Source of the DNA: Actinomycetota bacterium
GTDB taxonomy: Bacteria > Actinomycetota > Actinomycetes > Mycobacteriales > SCTD01
Direction of reading: 5' to 3'
DNA: 64,000 bases
NCBI GenBank assembly: GCA_019348355.1
Contig: JAHWJP010000003.1
Span: forward strand, 111 to 64,110
Within the stretch, counting starts at the first letter, position 1; each line of letters opens with the position of its first letter. The notes beneath the pieces are model-generated. The model was given only the letters and a program-made list of their open reading frames with translations. It did not search any database and was not told the origin of the DNA. The position numbers were made by a program, and so were the translations under genes. This document shows positions 58,401-64,000 of the stretch, piece after piece.

Positions 58401-58782
58401 TGCGCACCGGTATCTGCTCGAGCCCCTCGCGCAGCTCCCGTGCCAGACCGGGCAGGCCGTTACGCACGTCGTCCACCCGGCCGCCCACCCCGTCGAGGCG
58501 GGTAGAGAGCTCGGCGACCCGGCGCACGAGAGTGCCGGTCTCGCTGCGGCTCGCGGCGACCGAACCGGTGAGCCGGCCGCCGAGCCCGTCGAGGTCGCTG
58601 CGTACCGCACCTGTCTCGGATCGCAACGCACCGAGCTCTGCTCGCACCGAGCCGATCTCGGCGCGCAGGGCGCCGACCAGCGCCGCGACGGCGGCCCCCT
58701 CACCCTCCGGCTCGTCGACCGAGGCGGCAGCCAGCAGCTGGATCCGGCGCGTCAGTGCGTCGGGATTCTCGGCCATGCTCAC
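55417..58782 (-). CDS. Large coiled-coil protein (1121 aa) with a basic Pro/Ala/Lys/Ser-rich C-terminal tail
   Basis: About 820 aa of heptad-like A/L/E/R/D/T-rich helical sequence with recurring xRLDxLxxxV units. This is followed by about 300 aa of low-complexity basic tail (AKTKPAPRKTAAKKAAASPP, KPIPGKSVPGKSVAGKPVPGRAVPG). Confidence 0.8.
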   Translation of the reverse strand: MSMAENPDALTRRIQLLAAASVDEPEGEGAAVAALVGALRAEIGSVRAELGALRSETGAVRSDLDGLGGRLTGSVAASRSETGTLVRRVAELSTRLDGVGGRVDDVRNGLPGLARELREGLEQIPVRTSSRLDELTTQLEQLVGDRVEGAATDIRRTMTAALDRETQTTAQARAAVEDTRGALESRLAVLEDTLDGLSERIEALARDGASTTTERLERLAQSVEGLDRRVAEEGRDSTELLVDRVGEVTGTRLAELENTLFDRIADVLRLRNDDLRRELRGALEVARGEAQQDREAVAEIAATVHSTLDGFGSTLAQSMTGLGDSVSAALVEGRGETRADFELFADRFGGVIDALRADLVQREETSAGRITGLQSAVEGRLEQVRAQVAKAMTVISSDVATEIGTLTPRIDELTVAGSAVNESVRLLRSDVVGTVEALRDRLVSANTDSTEVLRGAMTETRAEVAEITRALREDLLERIEEKYGVVADRLGELARDVTGSTSATRATAERLSVLAGLSEQTTSSLTDVRAAVEQRLDQLDTSVGAHVITLESTFTSRLADVRAELNAGTVGTREAGERLTALTAATERQREEVQARLDVVRDDMVEAARDLRKELITQAAAQVAGLTERLAGLDSTVNASSARLTDRLDALDGALIRNAELAEQTTAGLARVDGVTSELQAAVSSFRLEWPTRTFEVVQGAKAVAEGVVLQIRSEVEAQLERVREELARAVAGVADASSGLGSGTEQLSEAGKALVDYLERRDLLLEAERDRVLYEVLDTFAAGLSVKDRAALAERVGSAVDRRRDARDAQRYRTAPPAPVRPNPDDLPSAVRQLAPAEPPAVAAPAARAKTKPAPRKTAAKKAAASPPRPADRPGSARTGGLQTGSRAASVVPAKPAARTVPAEPSAKSSAGRPSGATSGSSTPRPTRPVPPKPAPARSAAARPAPVPPPAAKPIPGKSVPGKSVAGKPVPGRAVPGSAPARSKAAPARSAASSPAGGTPSRYPAATPKAPSDFTAVKVRPTTSASSGRSSRPQDRQQTPTRDRASAADRRGRLDAMPTVPGPNVALDAAAPPPRPSRPAPARHEAPEAETSWASRASAAEDDDSNEDVSLRALFRRRRS

Positions 58783-58828
58783 AAATCCACTCCCTGATCA
58801 AGGTGAACGCAGCGTAGTGGCGCGAGAC

Positions 58829-61333
58829 CTATAGGACAGCAACCCTCTCCAGAGGGAGCTGGCGCGCCCTGAGGCCGGCCGCGGAACGCTCCGCGCTGAC
58901 CGCACCATAGGTGGTGCTGCGCTGACAAGGGGTGCGTCCGGCGGCGCGGACCATCGACTCGAGCTCGTCGATCGACTTGCGTGAGCCGTGTCGGGAGCCG
59001 GCCATGCGGCTGATCGTCTCCTCCATCAACGTGCCCCCCAGGTCGTCGACGCCACCGACGAGCACGTCGACGCAGGCCGCCGGACCGAGCTTCACCCAGG
59101 AGCACTGCACGTGGTCGATGCGGCCGTGCAGCACCAGCCGGGCGACGGCGTGCACCGCGCGGTTGTCCCGGGCCGTCGGCCCAGGCCGGGCGATGCCGGC
59201 CAGGTAGAGGGGCGCGGAGGTGTGCACGAAGGGCAGCGGCACGAACTCGGTGAAGCCGCCGCTCTCGGCTTGCAACCGGGCCAGCAGCTGCAGGTGCGCC
59301 ACCCAGTGGTGCGGCTGGTCGACATGGCCGTACATCATCGTGCTGGTCGTCGGGATGCCGAGCCGGTGGGCCGTCTGCACGACCTCGATCCATTGCGCCG
59401 TCGGCAGCTTTCCCTTCGTGAGCACCCAGCGCACGTCGTCGTCCAGGATTTCAGCCGCCGTGCCGGGCAGGCTGTCGACGCCCGCCTCGCGCGCCGCTGT
59501 CAGGAACTCGGCGATCGGCAGCGCCATGCGGGCTGCACCGTTCACGACCTCCATCGGGCTGTAGGCGTGCAGGTGCACGTCGGGGGCAGCCACCTTCACC
59601 GCTCGCGCGAGGTCGAGATAGGCGGCGCCGGAGAGCTGCGGGTCGATGCCGCCCTGCATGCAGACCTCGGTGGCCCCGATGTCCCAGGCCTCACTGGCCC
59701 GCTCCCCGACCTGCTCGAGCGACAGGCTGTAGGCATCGGCGTCGGTGCGCCGCTGCGCGAAAGCACAGAAGCGGCAGCCGGTGTAGCAGACGTTGGTGAA
59801 GTTGATGTTGCGGTTCACCACGTAGGTCACGACGTCACCCACGGTGTCGCGGCGTACGTCGTCGGCGAGCGCGCACACGGCGTCCAGGTCGGCGCCGCTG
59901 GCGGTGATGAGCGCGAGCGCCTGGTCGGCGGTCAAGGCGGCGGGCCGGTCGCCGGCGACGCGCAGGGCCGCCGCCACGTCGGCGTCCAGCCGGGGTGGAG
60001 GGGCTGGGACGGCCTCGCCGATCGCCTGCCAGTCGCCGTAGACCTCGGCAAAGTCCGAACGGCGCTCGGACGTACGCCCGGTGCTGTCGACGGTGGCGTG
60101 CAATTCGGTGCGGCCGGTCGCGGCGAGTCCACCGTCGGGCTCCTGCCAGGGCCGGCCTTGCGGGCGTTCGTCGTTGGCGAGCCCGTCCGGGGTGCGCAGC
60201 GCCTCGACGTGGGCGGTGAGGCGCGGATCGAGCCACGGCTCGGCCAGATACGGCGGGTGGGCTGTCAGCCTCGCCCGCAGGTGAAATCCGGCGCGGGCCG
60301 TCGCGGCGGCAAGCGCCTCGACTTGTGGCCACGGCCGTTCGGGGTTGACGTGGTCGGGCGTGAGCGGCGACACGCCACCGAAGTCGTCGACCCCGGCCTG
60401 GAGCAGCAGGCCGAGATCGGCCTGGTCGACCAGATTCGGCGGCGCCTGCACCCGCATCCCCGGTCCCAGAACGATGCGGGTCACGGCGATCGCTGCGAGG
60501 TAGTCCTCGAGGGTCGCGTCCGGTGTCGTCCGCATCGGGGTGTCCGCCTTGGCCCGGAAGTTCTGGACGATCACCTCCTGCACGTGACCGTGCCGTCGGT
60601 GTGCGGCGCGGATCGCGAACACGGTCTCGACGCGGTCACCGGGCGATTCGCCGATCCCGATGAGAAGACCTGTGGTGAAAGGGATCGCATGACGGCCGGC
60701 GTCCTCGAGGACGCGTAGCCGCACGGCCGGGTCCTTGTCCGGGCTGCCGTCGTGCGCCGGGATCCGCGCGGTCGTCTCGAGCATCATCCCCATCGAGGGG
60801 GCGACCGGCTTGAGCCGCTGGAGCTCCGTCCAGGTCATGACGCCGGGGTTGAGATGCGGCAGCAGCCCGGTCTGCTCGAGCACCGCGATCGCGCACGCAC
60901 GGACGTAGTCCAGCGTGCTGTCGTAGCCGGCCTCCGCCAGCCAGGCGCGGGCCGCGTCCCAGCGGTCCTCAGGACGGTCGCCGAGGGTGAACAGTGCCTC
61001 CTTGCAGCCGAGTCGGGCCCCTGCCCTCGCGATGTCGAGGACCTCGTCCAGGGACAGGAACGGCGCCGGCAACCGGCCCGGCACGGTCGCGAAGGTGCAG
61101 TAGTGACAGCGGTCCCGGCACAGCCGGGTGAGCGGGACGAAGACCTTCCGTGAGTACGTGACCGTTCCCGGCCGTCCCGCATCGAGCAGGCCGGCGTCGC
61201 GAACCCGGCCGGCGATGGGCAACAGCTGCTCGAGGTCGCGACCGCGCGCCGCCATGAGAACGGTCGCCTCGTCGAGGTCGAGCGCCTTCCCGGCGCCGGC
61301 CCGCGCGAGCGCGCGGCGCATGCCCGAGTCCAT
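58829..61333 (-). CDS. fbiC: FO synthase FbiC (fused CofG + CofH radical-SAM domains)
   Basis: Two radical-SAM Cys triads, [10 protein letters not shown] and [10 protein letters not shown]. At 834 aa the length fits the fused enzyme. Confidence 0.93.
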   Translation of the reverse strand: MDSGMRRALARAGAGKALDLDEATVLMAARGRDLEQLLPIAGRVRDAGLLDAGRPGTVTYSRKVFVPLTRLCRDRCHYCTFATVPGRLPAPFLSLDEVLDIARAGARLGCKEALFTLGDRPEDRWDAARAWLAEAGYDSTLDYVRACAIAVLEQTGLLPHLNPGVMTWTELQRLKPVAPSMGMMLETTARIPAHDGSPDKDPAVRLRVLEDAGRHAIPFTTGLLIGIGESPGDRVETVFAIRAAHRRHGHVQEVIVQNFRAKADTPMRTTPDATLEDYLAAIAVTRIVLGPGMRVQAPPNLVDQADLGLLLQAGVDDFGGVSPLTPDHVNPERPWPQVEALAAATARAGFHLRARLTAHPPYLAEPWLDPRLTAHVEALRTPDGLANDERPQGRPWQEPDGGLAATGRTELHATVDSTGRTSERRSDFAEVYGDWQAIGEAVPAPPPRLDADVAAALRVAGDRPAALTADQALALITASGADLDAVCALADDVRRDTVGDVVTYVVNRNINFTNVCYTGCRFCAFAQRRTDADAYSLSLEQVGERASEAWDIGATEVCMQGGIDPQLSGAAYLDLARAVKVAAPDVHLHAYSPMEVVNGAARMALPIAEFLTAAREAGVDSLPGTAAEILDDDVRWVLTKGKLPTAQWIEVVQTAHRLGIPTTSTMMYGHVDQPHHWVAHLQLLARLQAESGGFTEFVPLPFVHTSAPLYLAGIARPGPTARDNRAVHAVARLVLHGRIDHVQCSWVKLGPAACVDVLVGGVDDLGGTLMEETISRMAGSRHGSRKSIDELESMVRAAGRTPCQRSTTYGAVSAERSAAGLRARQLPLERVAVL

Positions 61334-61635
61334 CTATCGACCCTACGGCGCCAAGCTCGAGAACCGGACATTCGACGAAACCATTTTTTCGGCAGCTTCT
61401 TTCGCGTTCCGGCTTCTGTCGGGGGCTGGTTCGATCCTCGGCGGCGCGGGCCGGGTGGGGACGGAGTGCACGCTCCTGGCCAGGCGTTCCTCCGCGGTGC
61501 GAGCCTGCCTGGTCTCGGAGACTCGTCAGAGGAGTGTGACGAGGCGCCCGCTCAGTTGCCTTGGTCTGAGCGCCGGAGCCGCCACCGGACTCACTAGGCT
61601 GAGACCGCCCCCTCCGACAGGATCGCCCCGAGCGC

Positions 61636-62652
61636 ATGGCGCACCCCGAACACCACACCTCGGCGTCAGCCGTGCCCGCAGCACCCGGCGCTGAGCCGTT
61701 CGACCCTGCCACCACGACCATTGTCGTCGTCACCTTCAACCGCAGCGGCCTGCTCGCCAAGCTGCTCGACAGCGTGTCGCGGATGGACCCGTCCCCGGGT
61801 CGCGTGCTGGTCGTCGACAACGCCTCGACGGACGACACCGGCGACATCGTGTCCGCCTTCGCCGATCGAGGGGTGGTCGAGGTCGCCTATCACCGCATGG
61901 ACACCAACACCGGTGGTGCCGGGGGGTTCTCGGAGGGAATCCGGGTGGCCTACGACCTCGGGGCCACGTGGTTGTGGCTCATGGACGACGACGTCGAGGT
62001 CCTTCCCGACGGCCTGCGGCGGATGGGCGTCTGGGCCGAGCGCTTCCACCACGTGCAGGGCCGGCGCTACGACTACGACGGCAGCGAGTTCTACTGGCAG
62101 TACCGCCTCAACATCGCGCTCGGAATCCCGATACCCTTCGCCGCGGCGGGCTTCGACGAGCGTGGCTACCGCGCGATGAACTCCGGATGCTTCGAGGGGA
62201 TGTTCATCCATCGCGACGTCGTCCGCCGGATCGGCCTGCCGGATCCGCGCTTCTTCATCTACTGGGACGACTCGGTGTACGGCTGGCTGGCCTCCCGGGT
62301 GACGCCGTCGGTGATCGTCGACGAGTTCGTGCTCAAGCGCACCCGTGAGATCAAGCAGTGGGACATGGGGCTGCGTCACCTGAACGCCTCCAGCGACCGC
62401 TATCGCTACTACATCCTGCGCAACCGCGGCATCATGAAGCACTACTTCGAGGCCCACGGTGCGTACCGTCCGGCGCTGTTCACCCTCGGGACGGCCCTGA
62501 CCTTCGGCAAGGAGATCATCCGGCTGGTTGCGGTGGAGCGCACGGCTCGGGGGACCAGCCACCTGTGGCGGGGGCTGCGCGACGGCCGCAGGATCGCCCG
62601 TGACCGGAGTTTCGACGTGATGCCCGCGCTTGCCGGGCCACAGACCGGCTGA
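61636..62652 (+). CDS. Glycosyltransferase family 2
   Basis: IVVVTFNRSGLLAKLLDSV...VLVVDNASTDDT...WLWLMDDDV (the DxD region). Confidence 0.8.
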   Translation: MAHPEHHTSASAVPAAPGAEPFDPATTTIVVVTFNRSGLLAKLLDSVSRMDPSPGRVLVVDNASTDDTGDIVSAFADRGVVEVAYHRMDTNTGGAGGFSEGIRVAYDLGATWLWLMDDDVEVLPDGLRRMGVWAERFHHVQGRRYDYDGSEFYWQYRLNIALGIPIPFAAAGFDERGYRAMNSGCFEGMFIHRDVVRRIGLPDPRFFIYWDDSVYGWLASRVTPSVIVDEFVLKRTREIKQWDMGLRHLNASSDRYRYYILRNRGIMKHYFEAHGAYRPALFTLGTALTFGKEIIRLVAVERTARGTSHLWRGLRDGRRIARDRSFDVMPALAGPQTG

Positions 62653-62655
62653 CGC

Positions 62656-63186
62656 ATGGGCCACAGCCACAGCCACAGCTCCACCGACGTCGCCTGCGCG
62701 ATGGCCCACGGTGACGTCCCCGTCCCGACCGGAGAGCGCCGCCTCGTCGTCGTCTTCGCCTCGCCCGTCGCGCTGCAGCTGGTCCACCTCGCCGCGCACG
62801 TCGGCTACGAATGCGTCGTGCTCGATCCCGAGGCTGACCTGGACGGCGTGCCGACCGTACGCTCCGCCGCTTCCGCCGGCATCGACGCCGCCACCGACGT
62901 CGTCGTCACCGACCACGACCGCCCGGAGCTCGGCGATGTCCTCGCCGACGTCCTCGCGCAACCCGCCCGCTGGGTGGGCGTCATGGGCAGCCCCCGGCAC
63001 ACCGCCCCGCACGTCGCGGCCCTGCAGGCCCGCGGGCTGCCCGCCGCGGACATCGCCCGGGTGCACCGGCCGATCGGCCTGGACATCGGCTCCCGCTCCC
63101 CCGCCGAGATCGCCATCGCCACGGTGGCCGGCCTGCTCGCCGACCGGGCCGGCCGCCCGGGCGGCACCTACGAGGTGCAGCCCTGA
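62656..63186 (+). CDS. Short XdhC-family (Rossmann-domain only) protein with a His-rich N-terminus
   Basis: MGHSHSHSS..., then VVFASPVALQLVHLAAHVGYECVVLDP...HRPIGLDIGSRSPAEIAIATVAGLL, which is typical of the XdhC C-terminal domain. Confidence 0.65.
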   Translation: MGHSHSHSSTDVACAMAHGDVPVPTGERRLVVVFASPVALQLVHLAAHVGYECVVLDPEADLDGVPTVRSAASAGIDAATDVVVTDHDRPELGDVLADVLAQPARWVGVMGSPRHTAPHVAALQARGLPAADIARVHRPIGLDIGSRSPAEIAIATVAGLLADRAGRPGGTYEVQP

Positions 63187-64000
63187 GAATCGTCGCCCTG
63201 GCCGGCGGGATCGGCGGCGCCCGGTTCCTGCGCGGTGTGCAGGCAGCTGCGCCGGACGCGGAGCTGACCGTGATCGTCAATACCGGCGACGACATCACGA
63301 TGTACGGCCTGCGTATCTGCCCCGACCTCGACACCGTCATGTACACCCTCGGCGGCGCGATCGACGAGCAGCGCGGCTGGGGTCGTGCCGGCGAGACCTT
63401 CGCCGCGAAGGCAGAGCTCGAGGCGTACGACGCGCCCGGCGCCTGGTTCGGACTCGGCGACCGCGACCTGGCGACCCACCTGCTGCGCCGGCAGCTGCTG
63501 GACGCCGGCTACCCGCTCTCGCAGGTGACGGCCGCGCTGTGCGCGCGCTGGCAACCCGGCGCGACGCTGCTGCCGATGAGCGACGACCGGGTCGAGACGC
63601 ACGTGCGGGTCGAGGCCGGCGGTGAGCGGGTCATGCACTTCCAGGAATGGTGGGTCCGTCACGGGGCTGCCCTGCCGGCCAGAGCCATCGTCGCCGTCGG
63701 CGCCGAGACCGCCTCGCCGGCGCCGGGGGTGCTCGAGGCTCTCGAGGCGGCCGACGTGGTGCTGCTGCCGCCGAGCAACCCCGTCGTCAGCATCGGCACC
63801 ATCCTGTCGGTGCCGGGCATCGCCGCCGCCCTCGCCGGTCAGCGGGTGGTCGGGCTCTCACCCGTCGTCGGCGGACGGCCGGTGCGCGGGATGGCTGACG
63901 CCTGCCTCACCGCGATCGGCGTCGAGACGAGCGCCGAGGCGGTCGGCCGGCACTACGGGTCGGGGTTGCTGGACGGCTGGCTCGTCGACACCGCCGACGC
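63183..64000 (+). CDS. cofD: 2-phospho-L-lactate transferase CofD/FbiA, partial (continues past window end)
   Basis: Hand translation gives LRIVALAGGIGGARFLRGV...VIVNTGDDITMYGLRICPDLDTVMYTLGG...LLPPSNPVVSIG. Not in the ORF track because there is no stop. The start codon is unresolved. Confidence 0.85.
   Translation, partial: MRIVALAGGIGGARFLRGVQAAAPDAELTVIVNTGDDITMYGLRICPDLDTVMYTLGGAIDEQRGWGRAGETFAAKAELEAYDAPGAWFGLGDRDLATHLLRRQLLDAGYPLSQVTAALCARWQPGATLLPMSDDRVETHVRVEAGGERVMHFQEWWVRHGAALPARAIVAVGAETASPAPGVLEALEAADVVLLPPSNPVVSIGTILSVPGIAAALAGQRVVGLSPVVGGRPVRGMADACLTAIGVETSAEAVGRHYGSGLLDGWLVDTAD

Noticed and set aside
61415-61445. GGTTCGATCC, resembling a tRNA T-arm, in the fbiC upstream region.
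   Set aside because: The flanking bases do not form a T-stem (GCTGG versus CTCGG). I could not build an acceptor stem, D arm or anticodon arm from the preceding 60 nt.

Overview
This is very GC-rich actinobacterial chromosomal DNA (third codon positions are almost always G/C). It is densely coding, with about 60 protein genes. I recognised no rRNA, tRNA, CRISPR array, IS element or prophage.

The backbone is the conserved actinobacterial core block I know from Mycobacterium tuberculosis Rv3233c-Rv3262. It contains WS/DGAT, an Rv3235-like gene, secA, hpf, comF, lpqB-mtrB-mtrA, ahcY (sahH), manB, a DUF3499 gene, whiB2 and the F420 genes fbiC and cofD/fbiA.

Interspersed with this core are:
- an ABC-2 transporter with a LolA-like gene (1-2529);
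- a tightly coupled three-glycosyltransferase / ABC exporter / double APH-like kinase / poly-proline protein operon, followed by a two-component pair (2721-12996);
- a WS/DGAT-patatin-unknown operon;
- a vapBC toxin-antitoxin pair;
- an orphan SAF(CpaB-like) + Ssd/CpaE-like ATPase pair;
- a membrane protein-DUF4129-DUF4350-MoxR-DUF58-GNAT module, with RDD and SpoIIM-like genes nearby;
- a second, divergent AhcY paralogue in an operon with a MerR regulator and canonical ahcY;
- a 1121-aa coiled-coil protein with a basic tail upstream of whiB2.

Two genes look frameshifted: a lipoprotein (39962-40695) and a GlxA/AraC-type regulator (49316-50280).

Several long palindromes and a 23-nt motif present in three copies lie in intergenic DNA.

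Many ORFs in the supplied track are antisense artefacts of high GC content or are over-extended at the N-terminus. I obtained internal start coordinates by counting residues in the track ORFs, so starts are less certain than stops. All family names come from motif and sequence recollection, not from database searches.
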